In this document: in pieces, positions 54,805-64,000 of the stretch
Layout of the letters: each line of letters starts with the position of its first letter
How positions within the stretch are numbered: the stretch's first letter is position 1
Source of the DNA: a virus
Taxonomy: Duplodnaviria; Heunggongvirae; Uroviricota; Caudoviricetes; Demerecviridae
DNA length: 64,000 nt
Direction: 5' to 3' (one strand)
Virus record (IMG/VR): IMGVR_UViG_2595698513_000001
Span: 30,745-94,744 of that record
The notes under the pieces: model-generated
What the model was told of the DNA's origin: nothing
The model's database searches: none
What the model saw: the letters and a program-made list of their open reading frames with translations, nothing else
Position numbers and translations under genes: made by a program

Positions 54805-55275
54805 ATGACAGATAAACTACTACCAGATATTATACAACCGGAAGGGTTACAGGTTGCTGAAGCATACCTTACATTCGGTGGTGACTCTAAGAAGGTTGCC
54901 CAAGAATTAAACCTTCCTGTGGCAGAAGTGGATGCCCAATTAAAGAATAGAGAAGTTAAAGCATATATAGATAGACAGTTCCATGAACAAGGATTCAGAA
55001 ATAGACATAGAATCTTTGGTGTTATGGATCAACTTATGAATATGAAGCTTGAAGAAATACAAGAAACAGGTGTTGGTACTAGTGCTGATATCCTAGAACT
55101 AGCTAAAGTATACCATAAGATGAAGATGGATGAAATGAAGATGGAGATAGAACGTGCTAAAGCTACTGCGGCATCGGGTGGTCCAACTAATCAAACCAAC
55201 ATTCAAAATAATATTAACATACCTGGCGGTGAGGATGAGAACTACATGGCTCTTATCAATAAACTGGTGGGATAA
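54805..55275 (+). CDS. terS: terminase small subunit
   Basis: ~157 aa directly upstream of and overlapping terL. Confidence 0.6.
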   Translation: MTDKLLPDIIQPEGLQVAEAYLTFGGDSKKVAQELNLPVAEVDAQLKNREVKAYIDRQFHEQGFRNRHRIFGVMDQLMNMKLEEIQETGVGTSADILELAKVYHKMKMDEMKMEIERAKATAASGGPTNQTNIQNNINIPGGEDENYMALINKLVG

Positions 55276-56594
55276 TGTATTGTTCTAGAGATTATATAAA
55301 TTGTGATTATATAGAAGAATTTCCATTAGATCAAAGATTCTTTGCATTTGATGTAAATAATTTCATACAGCAAGTAAGAGCAGATAATGGTAGTCCAATC
55401 GTACCGAATAGACCACAAATAGCTATTATCAATGCTGTAAATGACCCTAGGCATCGTTTCGTGGTAGCATGTGTATCACGTCGTGTAGGTAAGTCATTTA
55501 TATCGTTCGCCCTAGCATTCTTAAAGGCATTAGAACCTAACAATAAGATTCTAGTCGTTGCACCTAACTACTCACTAGCCGAAATCGGTTGGGGTGAGAT
55601 TAAGAAGTATATTAAACAATTTGGATTGAAGACAGTCAAAGAGAATGCTAAAGATAGAGAAATTCTTCTATCTAACAACACACTAATCAAGCTAGCATCT
55701 GCTGAACGTGCTGACTCAGCTGTAGGTCGTTCATATGATTTGATTATCTTTGATGAGGCTGCCCTATCAGATAAAGGTGGAGAAGCGTTCCAGGTTGCTC
55801 TACGTCCTACACTGGATAAACCTAACTCTAAAGCAATCTTTATCAGTACACCTCGTGGTTCTAACTACTTTAAGACTTTCTTTGAGCAAGGTAAATCAAA
55901 TGACCCTGCATTATCTAACTGGGTTGCGATTCATGGTACCTGGCGTGATAACCCTCGTGCTAGCCCAGAGGATATTGAACAAGCTCGTATCACTAACTCG
56001 GATGCTTACTTCCGTCAAGAATACGAAGCTGACTTCTCGGTATTCGAAGGACGTATCTATGAAGGGTTTGTGTTTGATAGACATGTTAAAGACCTTAGTG
56101 AAATGGACTTTGATGATGAAAATCAATATGAGACTATCATGGGTGTCGACCATGGGTACAGAGACCCAACAGCTAGTGTTGTTATTAAGTACGATTTAGA
56201 AGAAGATAAGTTCTATATTATAGATGAGTATGAGAAACAGTCTAAGACTACTCGTGTACATGCAGAGAAGTTCCAACAACAGATTGATGATTATGATGTA
56301 GATATGATATTCTGTGACTCGGCAGCAGCTCAATTCCGTGCTGACCTTGCCTATGAATACGATATTGCTAGTATGCCTAGTAAGAAATCTCAGAATGATG
56401 GTATTAATTATATCGCAGCTCTAATAGAGCAAGATAAAATCATAGTAGATATTAATTGTCCTCTAACTCGTGAGATGTTTATTAACTACAGATGGGATCC
56501 TAAAGAAGGGCTCTTGAAAGAACGCCCACTTCATAACCAGTACTCACATATTGCGGATGCTGTGAGATATGCAATCTACTCATACTGTAGATAA
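55275..56594 (+). CDS. terL: terminase large subunit
   Basis: Walker A VSRRVGKS; Walker B LIIFDEAA; C-terminal nuclease acidic residues. Confidence 0.85.
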   Translation: MYCSRDYINCDYIEEFPLDQRFFAFDVNNFIQQVRADNGSPIVPNRPQIAIINAVNDPRHRFVVACVSRRVGKSFISFALAFLKALEPNNKILVVAPNYSLAEIGWGEIKKYIKQFGLKTVKENAKDREILLSNNTLIKLASAERADSAVGRSYDLIIFDEAALSDKGGEAFQVALRPTLDKPNSKAIFISTPRGSNYFKTFFEQGKSNDPALSNWVAIHGTWRDNPRASPEDIEQARITNSDAYFRQEYEADFSVFEGRIYEGFVFDRHVKDLSEMDFDDENQYETIMGVDHGYRDPTASVVIKYDLEEDKFYIIDEYEKQSKTTRVHAEKFQQQIDDYDVDMIFCDSAAAQFRADLAYEYDIASMPSKKSQNDGINYIAALIEQDKIIVDINCPLTREMFINYRWDPKEGLLKERPLHNQYSHIADAVRYAIYSYCR

Positions 56595-56675
56595 GCCGAG
56601 TAGAAATTATAAAACAGACTTTACAATTTCATTCATATCATATATACTAATCACATAAGTTAAGGAGAAGAAGTT

Positions 56676-57146
56676 ATGGCAACTAATACCAACAAACGAG
56701 TAGCAACAAAACATATTCGCGATGGTATTAAGTCTAACTATTCCAAGAAAGATCATTGTGAAATTTGTGGTACTAGTGACAGCTTGGAGCTACACCACTA
56801 CCATACGGTATCTCTACTATTGAAAAAGTATGCCAAAGAGAATGGTATTCCCATCTCAACTGACGAACAAGTTCTCGCGATGCGGGACGACTTCTATAAA
56901 GCACACTGGCATGAACTAGTCGAGGATACCGTAACCCTTTGCAACGGTCATCACGTAAAACTACACCAGATATATTCTCAAGAGCCTGACCTATCAACTG
57001 CTAGCAAGCAGAGAAGATGGGTTAAGATACAACGAGATAGGCAAGGTGGCACTGTTGAAGAGCTACCAACTAGCTCAGGTTATGATATGACTTCATTATG
57101 TAACCTGATGGTTGAGAAAGTATCTTTAGACAGATTCAAGGTGTAA
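56676..57146 (+). CDS. HNH endonuclease
   Basis: HCEICG...LELHHYH...LCNGHH HNH motif. Confidence 0.75.
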   Translation: MATNTNKRVATKHIRDGIKSNYSKKDHCEICGTSDSLELHHYHTVSLLLKKYAKENGIPISTDEQVLAMRDDFYKAHWHELVEDTVTLCNGHHVKLHQIYSQEPDLSTASKQRRWVKIQRDRQGGTVEELPTSSGYDMTSLCNLMVEKVSLDRFKV

Positions 57147-57148
57147 AC

Positions 57149-58375
57149 ATGGGATTAAGAGATTGGTTAGTCAATAAATTGAACCCAGCCCAAGAACTTA
57201 TTGCTAGGGAAGACCCAAGTGCTACAACTAGTAATAGGAAGCCTTTAACAACAACTCGTGCTTTTGAGGACGTTGAGGTTGTAAACCGTTGTGTTAACCT
57301 TTTAGTTGATAATGCTTGTCAAGTTAGATATGATATTAAGGATGCATATTCTTTTACTCCACTAGGGGCTGGTAAAGCCAAGGGTGGTATTCGTCAAGAA
57401 AAAGTAAAAGAGTTACTTAATGTTAGACCTAATCCGTTTATGGATGCTAGTACGTTCTGGCGTTTAGTTATAATGGACTTTATCATGGAAGGTTGGGCGT
57501 TCATTCATTGGGATGGTTACTCATTATATCATCTACCCGCAGCTAATATGGAAGTATACGCTGACAAGAAAAACTATGTCAATAGATATATTTATGGCGC
57601 GCAGGTAGAATTCCAACCAAATGAGATTATCTTTATCAAAGATAATGCTTATAATAGAGGTCAGTCAACTCAGATTGAAGGATTCTCTAGAATCTTATCT
57701 AGCTTAGAAGGCTTGGTGAGAAGAGACAAACTGCTACAGTTCAAGGAGAAATTCTTTGATAACGGCGCTGTGTTTAGCTTAATATTAGAGACCGAAGCTG
57801 TTCTTAACAAGAAATTGAAGAAACGTTTCGAGGAAGAAATCTCTTTAGATTATAACCCTCGTACTGGTCGCTCTAGTGTTAAAGTACTAGATGCAGGTAT
57901 GAAAGCTAAGACACTTACACCTACTAGCTCTAAGGATTTAGATGTTAAAGCAGACATTGATGATTTTGAGCGTAAGGCGTGTATCGCACTAGGTATCCCA
58001 CCATTGCTACTAGATTCTGGTAACAATGCTAATATTCGTCCTAATATAGAACTATTCTTTTATATGACGATTCTACCTATGATGCGTAAGTTCGAGTCAG
58101 TATTCGAGACATTCTTTGGTTACGATGTTAAACTTACCACAGATGATATTACTGCACTAGCACCAGATGCTAAGGCAGAAGCCGAAGCAGTAACTTCTAA
58201 AGTAAACAATGGTCTTATCACCCCTAATGAGGGTCGTAAAGAACTTCGTTACGAAGAGCTAGAAGGCCAAGATATGGATAAGATTCGTATACCACAGAAT
58301 ATTGCAGGTTCTGGTACTGGGGTATCGGGACAGGAGGGTGGAAAACCTTCAAACTCGGACTCAGATGACAACTAA
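57149..58375 (+). CDS. portal protein
   Basis: ~408 aa between terL and prohead protease. Confidence 0.7.
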   Translation: MGLRDWLVNKLNPAQELIAREDPSATTSNRKPLTTTRAFEDVEVVNRCVNLLVDNACQVRYDIKDAYSFTPLGAGKAKGGIRQEKVKELLNVRPNPFMDASTFWRLVIMDFIMEGWAFIHWDGYSLYHLPAANMEVYADKKNYVNRYIYGAQVEFQPNEIIFIKDNAYNRGQSTQIEGFSRILSSLEGLVRRDKLLQFKEKFFDNGAVFSLILETEAVLNKKLKKRFEEEISLDYNPRTGRSSVKVLDAGMKAKTLTPTSSKDLDVKADIDDFERKACIALGIPPLLLDSGNNANIRPNIELFFYMTILPMMRKFESVFETFFGYDVKLTTDDITALAPDAKAEAEAVTSKVNNGLITPNEGRKELRYEELEGQDMDKIRIPQNIAGSGTGVSGQEGGKPSNSDSDDN

Positions 58376-58610
58376 AAAAGTTAATTTTAATACTGTATAT
58401 AATGATTTTGGAGATACACTACCAGATAAAAGTACATTCTTTAACGCCTCTAATAATGAGGTCTCTAGAGTAATGCTTCGATATCGTTATAAGGTTGATA
58501 GTGACTGCCGTGCATTCAAGCTATTCCAAAAGGAATATGCTGAATTTGTAGCTAGTCTAAAGGCAGCGAAGACTGAACCAACCAAGGAGAAGAAGGATGA
58601 AGTTAAATAA
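58365..58610 (+). CDS. hypothetical small protein between portal and protease
   Basis: ATG overlapping portal stop. Confidence 0.4.
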   Translation: MTTKKVNFNTVYNDFGDTLPDKSTFFNASNNEVSRVMLRYRYKVDSDCRAFKLFQKEYAEFVASLKAAKTEPTKEKKDEVK

Positions 58611-59202
58611 GCCTATTGATATGGAACTATCTGCTAGTTTCGTAGCTAAAGCAGCTTCGGACGAAGAAGATTCTCCGTTGATAATTAAGGGTTATGCTAA
58701 TACAGTAACGAAAGATCGTGCTGGTGATGTAATCCCTAAAGATGCATGGTTAGGCCCAAATGCCCTACCTAACTATGAAAAGAACCCAATCATTCTTGCA
58801 TTCCACAATCACGCTATGCCTATCGGTAAGATGGTTAGTTATGATGTAACTGACGAAGGCTTACAGATTGAAGCAGAGATTAGCAAAGCAGCAGGCCCAG
58901 TATACCAGCTTATCAAAGATGGTGTTTTGAAAACATTTAGTGTAGGTTTCCGCTGCCTAGATGCTGAATGGAAGAAAGAAGAAGACATTTACTTAATTAA
59001 AGAACTAGAACTATTTGAGGTATCAGTAGTTTCAGTTCCATGTAATCAGGACTCAGTGTTCGAAGTCTCCAAGAGCTTGAACTCTGCTGATTATAATGAT
59101 TTTAGAAAACAACTTCAAGCAAAGGCTAGCAAGCCGAGCGAAACTAACGAAGTTGACGTGTTAGAAAAGCTAGCCATCGAGCTAGGAGTTATTAAAGGAT
59201 AA
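58597..59202 (+). CDS. prohead protease (HK97 family)
   Basis: ~200 aa directly upstream of MCP; AFHNH and VSVVSVP regions. Confidence 0.65.
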   Translation: MKLNKPIDMELSASFVAKAASDEEDSPLIIKGYANTVTKDRAGDVIPKDAWLGPNALPNYEKNPIILAFHNHAMPIGKMVSYDVTDEGLQIEAEISKAAGPVYQLIKDGVLKTFSVGFRCLDAEWKKEEDIYLIKELELFEVSVVSVPCNQDSVFEVSKSLNSADYNDFRKQLQAKASKPSETNEVDVLEKLAIELGVIKG

Positions 59203-59209
59203 ATTTATT

Positions 59210-60607
59210 ATGCCAATGACAGCAGAACAAATTGCAGAACTACAAGAAAAACTAGGTCTGAAAACAGTAATTGAAGCAGCTAATAAGCTAACTGCGAAAG
59301 AAGAGCAGGAAGCAAAAGAAAAAGCTCTAGCAGAGCAACGAAAAGCTGAAGAAGCACGCGTTAAGGCTCTTGTAGATGAAGCTACTGGTGAACAAAAAGA
59401 AAAACTAGAAACAGCACTACAACTAGTTAAAGCTCTATCAGAGAAGCTAGAGTCCGGTGATGTTGATGGTTTCGCTAAATCAGTAGAAAAAACACAAAAC
59501 GAAATTAAGTCAGTACGTGACGAAATCGCTCAACTAATGGCAGCACGCGAAGGTAAAAATTCTGTAGCAGTTGCAGTTGGTAAGGCATTTAATCTAAATA
59601 CTCAAACTGATTTCGAAGAAGAAGCTGAAAAAGCTGTACTTCTATCTTTCATGACTAAGAAAGGTGTATTCGAAACAGAATTTGGTGCTAAACTAGAGAA
59701 AGCGGTAAACGATAGCTCTTCTATCCAAGTTTCTAGCGAAAACTACGAAACAGTATTCTCAAACCGTATCCTACGTGACATTCAGAAACTTCTAGTTGTT
59801 GGTGCAATGTTCCAAGAACTACCAATGTCAAGTAAGAAACTTACAATGCAAATCGAACCTGATGCACAAGATGCAACATGGGTAGATGCATCAACTTACG
59901 GTAAAGATACTACTGTAGGTAACGAAGTTAAAGTTGCACTTACTGATATTACATTCAGTACGTTCAAACTAGCAGCTAAAGCTTACATGACTGATGAAAC
60001 AGAAGAAGATGCAATCACATCACTTCTACCAATCATCCGTCGTCACCTAATCGAAGCTCACGTACAAGCTATCGAAAAAGCATTCATGGGTGATGGTACA
60101 GGTGCTAAAACTGGTAAACCAACAGGTCTACTAGACTTTGCTAAAATCGACAGCAAACTAATCGCTACTACAGCTACTCATGACGGTGCTACTAAAGTAA
60201 CCGCTAAAATGATTCACCAACTACGTCGTAACTTAGGTCTTAAAGGTCTACGTCTAGACGCTCTTGCTCTAATCGTGTCTATGGACGCGTACTACGATCT
60301 TCTAGAAGATGACGAATGGCAAGATGTTAACCAAGTAGGTGCTAACGCATCACTTAAACTACAAGGTCAAGTAGGTCGAATCTACGGTATGCCAGTAGTT
60401 GTTTCTAGCTACTTCCCAGCTAAGGCAGCTAAAGCAGCATTCTGTGCGATTGTATATCGTAACGAGTTCGTAGTTCCTCGTCAACGTCGAGTAACAGTTG
60501 AATACGAACGTCGTGCAAGCGAACAACGTGACGCTTACTACGTTACGCAACGCTTGAACCTACAACGTTACTTCGATAAGAACGTAGTTGCAGGTACATA
60601 CGCTTAA
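59210..60607 (+). CDS. major capsid protein with N-terminal scaffold-like (delta) domain
   Basis: ~130-aa coiled-coil N-terminus then HK97-fold-sized body; strong terminator follows. Confidence 0.7.
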   Translation: MPMTAEQIAELQEKLGLKTVIEAANKLTAKEEQEAKEKALAEQRKAEEARVKALVDEATGEQKEKLETALQLVKALSEKLESGDVDGFAKSVEKTQNEIKSVRDEIAQLMAAREGKNSVAVAVGKAFNLNTQTDFEEEAEKAVLLSFMTKKGVFETEFGAKLEKAVNDSSSIQVSSENYETVFSNRILRDIQKLLVVGAMFQELPMSSKKLTMQIEPDAQDATWVDASTYGKDTTVGNEVKVALTDITFSTFKLAAKAYMTDETEEDAITSLLPIIRRHLIEAHVQAIEKAFMGDGTGAKTGKPTGLLDFAKIDSKLIATTATHDGATKVTAKMIHQLRRNLGLKGLRLDALALIVSMDAYYDLLEDDEWQDVNQVGANASLKLQGQVGRIYGMPVVVSSYFPAKAAKAAFCAIVYRNEFVVPRQRRVTVEYERRASEQRDAYYVTQRLNLQRYFDKNVVAGTYA

Positions 60608-60619
60608 TAGCAAACTTTA

Positions 60620-60653
60620 GGAGGAGTGGGGCATTTGCTCCACTCCTTTTTGT
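60620..60653 (+). terminator. rho-independent terminator after major capsid gene
   Basis: GGAGGAGTGG...CCACTCCT then TTTTGTTT. Confidence 0.65.
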
Positions 60654-60667
60654 TTATGGAGAACAAG

Positions 60668-61210
60668 ATGGCAGAAATAATTACAATAGATCAATACAAA
60701 GCGTTTGCTAGTATTGAAGGTAAGAAGAATGACCCACAAATAGAGGCTCTAATTAAGTCTTGTTCTGAAATAGTTCAGGATTATATCGGCTACCCATTAA
60801 CATCTACTGGAGCTATTGAGACTACAATCAGAACACGTAATAATACCACTTCGTACATGTTGCCCGCTATTGATATGGACGTTCAGCAACTAAAGTATAT
60901 TCCTAGAGGTTATGATACAGCAGACGGTAAAGAGCTTACTCTTGCAGATTATAGCGTATCTGAGACAGGATTACTAGAGCTATATACTGTAAAACCTAGA
61001 GACGGCGACACTTTACTAGTATCCTATCAAGTGGCTCCAAAAGAGCTAGAGGCTATTCAGTTAGCTACGATGTTGCTAGTCAAGTATTATTATAAAGAAG
61101 AATTTAATAAAACATCTGTTGGAGCAGGTGGTCAGACAGTATCTTACCAGACAGGTAAAAACTTCCCTCCTCATGTCAGAGCCATACTATTAATGCACAG
61201 GATGTTCTAA
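60668..61210 (+). CDS. head-tail connector (gp6-like), putative
   Basis: RBS GGAG; position after MCP. Confidence 0.45.
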   Translation: MAEIITIDQYKAFASIEGKKNDPQIEALIKSCSEIVQDYIGYPLTSTGAIETTIRTRNNTTSYMLPAIDMDVQQLKYIPRGYDTADGKELTLADYSVSETGLLELYTVKPRDGDTLLVSYQVAPKELEAIQLATMLLVKYYYKEEFNKTSVGAGGQTVSYQTGKNFPPHVRAILLMHRMF

Positions 61211-61956
61211 TGGCAATGTCTAATATGTTAGAGCAAATAATCCATAAAGAGCTCGATGATAGGGCCAAGCGTGGTAATAAGAGACAGGTACGTTATGATG
61301 TAACGACTGATGATTCTCGCTCTGATAATAACGTAGCTACTATATCTTTTAAATTTAGTAAGCCTCTAGCGGAAAATGAGGCACGTGAAAGAGGTGGGCA
61401 CGTACTAAGAAGAGTAGCTGATAATTTAGACGCCAGACAGTTAGGTGTGGTAGATGCAATACTAGCTCAATACGGCTTAGCAGACAGTGTCGGTAGAAAA
61501 CGTTCGAAAGGCTCAGTTCAAGTAAGGTTAGGAGACTACCTCGAAGAAGGTAGAACTGTAGGTATAAATACCATCAGGGGTAAACTTATTTCTGAGAATA
61601 ATCTAAAAGGCCTACTAGAAATAGTAGCTAAAGATTACTTGATTAGAGATATGAAGAAGCCAAACGCTCCTTTAAAATATCGTACTGGTAGGTTTGCCAA
61701 CTCTCTAGATGTTAGGTCTGTCCGTATACAGGACAATGATAGAGGTAGGAAGCCACAACTATCTATCTTTTATTCTTATATGACATACCCATATGCTACA
61801 TTTGACCCTATGAAGTCTACTAGACCTGCTATGTACATGAGGCCGTCCTTCGGTGCTAGAAACCCTCAAACACATATAGGAGAGGCATTAGCAAAAGCTG
61901 CTAGAGATATAATCCATACTAGATATAATATAGACGTCAGGGAGGCGTTACTATGA
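61210..61956 (+). CDS. head completion or neck protein, putative
   Basis: ATGG coupling in structural module. Confidence 0.4.
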   Translation: MAMSNMLEQIIHKELDDRAKRGNKRQVRYDVTTDDSRSDNNVATISFKFSKPLAENEARERGGHVLRRVADNLDARQLGVVDAILAQYGLADSVGRKRSKGSVQVRLGDYLEEGRTVGINTIRGKLISENNLKGLLEIVAKDYLIRDMKKPNAPLKYRTGRFANSLDVRSVRIQDNDRGRKPQLSIFYSYMTYPYATFDPMKSTRPAMYMRPSFGARNPQTHIGEALAKAARDIIHTRYNIDVREALL

Positions 61957-62438
61957 CACATAGAGCTAGTATAAGAGACAAAATTGTTGAGGTTATGAAG
62001 CAAGAGCTTTCTGACCAAAACTTAGATAAGTACTACACTGATATAGATATGAATGTACACAATAAAAATCTATATCTAGATCAGGTAGAAACTTTTCCTG
62101 CTATAACAGTAGGCCTCGGACCGGAAAGACCTGAGTATCAACCTGGTGGGTTTAGGTGGATGTTCCTTACTCTAACCATCCGAGCCTACGTTAAGTCCGA
62201 GGACAGAGCAGACGAAGAATTAGAGTTACTAATTCAAGATATAAAAACCTTTATTGACACACACGAGGATATAGAATATACTATAACTACACCTCAGGGA
62301 GCTGAAAAGAAATACGAAGCTACTCAAATGACCGTAATCAGTATAAATACAGATGAAGGTATACTGCACCCAATGGGTATAGGTGAAGTAGCTATCGAAA
62401 TCAGATACCCGGACAGAAATGTTAGATTTAAGAGATAA
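61953..62438 (+). CDS. tail completion or neck protein, putative
   Basis: ATGA coupling. Confidence 0.4.
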   Translation: MTHRASIRDKIVEVMKQELSDQNLDKYYTDIDMNVHNKNLYLDQVETFPAITVGLGPERPEYQPGGFRWMFLTLTIRAYVKSEDRADEELELLIQDIKTFIDTHEDIEYTITTPQGAEKKYEATQMTVISINTDEGILHPMGIGEVAIEIRYPDRNVRFKR

Positions 62439-62452
62439 GGAGTCTACTATAA

Positions 62453-63868
62453 ATGTCAGTCCAATTATTACGTAACACTAGACTATGGGCTAGTGTAGCA
62501 AAGCCTACAGATACCATTGATAATACTAACACTTGGGAAGTACTTATTCAGGAAGACTTTGCTTTTAACCAAGACGGTAACTCTACCGACATTAACTTAG
62601 ATGAAGCAGGCCCACGTCCAACTCGTGGTTCTAAGAGATTCAATGATAATCTAAACCCTGCTGACTGGAACTTCTCAACATACTTGATTCCTTATGAGGA
62701 GAATTCGGTTAAGATTACACCAGACTTTGCATTGTGGCACTGTCTATCTAGTGGCTCTCCTTTAGATATTACAGATGATAATGGAGTTAAAGCTACTGCC
62801 AAAAATATGTTGGTTAAGTTTACAGATAACCAATATCACCAACTTAATACTCTTACCCTATACTACCTAGTAGATAATGTATGGTATAAGATTCACGATG
62901 TGCAAATTAACCAAGCAGAAATTAGTGTAGATATCGAAGGTATTGGTATGACTGCATGGTCAGGTCAAGGTACTAAAGTAGAGCCTCTGGGTACTGCGCA
63001 GCCTTTCGATCCAAGTACTATCGTATTTGATGACGATAAAGTATTTAATCCTAGAAAGGGTAACGGTAAGTATATCAAGAATAAACTTACTACTCTATTA
63101 ATTAAAGATAATAGAGACGGTAAGGAGTATGATATCCCAATTACTGGTGGTACCATTACCATCAACAACAATATCAGTTACCTAACTCCTAATACTCTAT
63201 CTAGATTAGACCTACCTATTGGTTCGTTTACTGGTACATTTGAAGTTTCTGGTACTTTAGAAGCATATCTACGTAATAGAGACGGAAATGATCCTAGAGA
63301 AAAAGATAGAGCTGCTGAGTTACTAAATAAAATGATCTCAGCTCGTGATATTACTAATAGTTTTCGAATAGGTATCTGCCTAGGCGGGATTTATGCTACT
63401 CCTGCTGAAGGGGTAGTAGTAGTGTTACCTACCGCACATTTATCAGTACCAACTACGGAAACAGCCGATGTACTAGGTACTAGTATAGAATTTAAGGGTA
63501 TCCCTACTGAACTTGACGCGGGTAACGAAGTGTACTTGGGTATGAGTAATACTTTTATCAAAGACGAAATAAGAGCACTAGTTAAACTAGGGGATGCTGG
63601 AGAGAATATAGCACCCCTACCTACAATCACAACCCAGCCTACTAACCAGGTACTTGGTAGTGGCGAACAACTACAATTAACAGTAGCGGCTAGTGGTGGT
63701 ACTCGTTATCAGTGGTATAAAGATGGTGCTGTTATTAGTGGAGCTACCTCAGCTACCTATACTAAGGATAATGCACAATCTGCAGATGCTGGTAACTACT
63801 ACGTTGAAGTATACAATAGTGACGGCGACAAGAAAGTTAGTAATGTAGTTACAGTCGCAATTAGTTAA
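62453..63868 (+). CDS. major tail tube protein with C-terminal Ig-like domain (pb6-like)
   Basis: 471 aa; C-terminal QWYKDGAVISGATSATYT Ig-like motif; size and position as T5 pb6. Confidence 0.6.
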   Translation: MSVQLLRNTRLWASVAKPTDTIDNTNTWEVLIQEDFAFNQDGNSTDINLDEAGPRPTRGSKRFNDNLNPADWNFSTYLIPYEENSVKITPDFALWHCLSSGSPLDITDDNGVKATAKNMLVKFTDNQYHQLNTLTLYYLVDNVWYKIHDVQINQAEISVDIEGIGMTAWSGQGTKVEPLGTAQPFDPSTIVFDDDKVFNPRKGNGKYIKNKLTTLLIKDNRDGKEYDIPITGGTITINNNISYLTPNTLSRLDLPIGSFTGTFEVSGTLEAYLRNRDGNDPREKDRAAELLNKMISARDITNSFRIGICLGGIYATPAEGVVVVLPTAHLSVPTTETADVLGTSIEFKGIPTELDAGNEVYLGMSNTFIKDEIRALVKLGDAGENIAPLPTITTQPTNQVLGSGEQLQLTVAASGGTRYQWYKDGAVISGATSATYTKDNAQSADAGNYYVEVYNSDGDKKVSNVVTVAIS

Positions 63869-63873
63869 TAAAT

Positions 63874-64000
63874 ATGGCATACACTCTACTAAAAGAGTGC
63901 ACCGTTGTTTTAGTTTACAAAGGGGTAGGGTATCATTTCGATGCCCTAACCCAACTTGATTTTAGTCAGACATTTAATAAAACTTCTGGTTCAAGAAAAA
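63874..64000 (+). CDS. structural gene, 5' fragment (continues past window)
   Basis: ATG at 63874; open to window end. Confidence 0.35.
   Translation, partial: MAYTLLKECTVVLVYKGVGYHFDALTQLDFSQTFNKTSGSRK

Noticed and set aside
55750-56199. 149-aa plus-strand ORF and the 55911-56153 minus-strand ORF
   Set aside because: Both lie inside terL, in an alternative frame and on the antisense strand respectively.

Overview
This window is 64 kb from a T5-like (Demerecviridae-type) virulent phage genome. The assembly appears to have collapsed the terminal repeat (TR).

Why T5-like:
- About 25 copies of a sigma70 early promoter with an extended conserved leader (TTGCTA-17-TATAAT-AGTTCCATAAAGTTGAGAAACGGAGATT-ATG). 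From memory, this matches the T5 PN25/P26-type promoters.
- The late module follows T5 order: terS, terL, portal, HK97-type prohead protease, major capsid protein (MCP) with delta-domain, pb6-like tail tube with a C-terminal Ig domain, and an oppositely oriented pb5-like receptor-binding protein.
- A pre-early block resembling T5 first-step-transfer (FST) DNA: a dmp-like HAD phosphatase, an A1-like 551-aa metallophosphoesterase and an A2-sized protein. It sits next to a repeat-rich, DnaA-box-containing non-coding region that resembles the T5 injection-stop region.

Layout:
- 1-44.3 kb, early region, + strand: nrdA 3' end and nrdG, a NADAR protein, RNase H, a 25-gene tRNA cluster, spanins plus dNMP kinase, holin plus M15 endolysin, an Ndt-like protein plus PnuC, a small HD alarmone-hydrolase-like protein, a Ser/Thr phosphatase, and many small ORFs.
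- 17.5-24.7 kb, within that early region: an unusual sigma70-driven operon of two fibre-like proteins, an SCPU/pilin-like secreted protein, other secreted proteins and a lipoprotein.
- 44.3-48.5 kb: non-coding iteron-like and DnaA-box region, plus a minus-strand island of small genes.
- 48.5-52 kb: pre-early genes.
- 52-64 kb: late structural genes.

No searches were possible. All family assignments rest on motifs read in the translations and on recalled knowledge.
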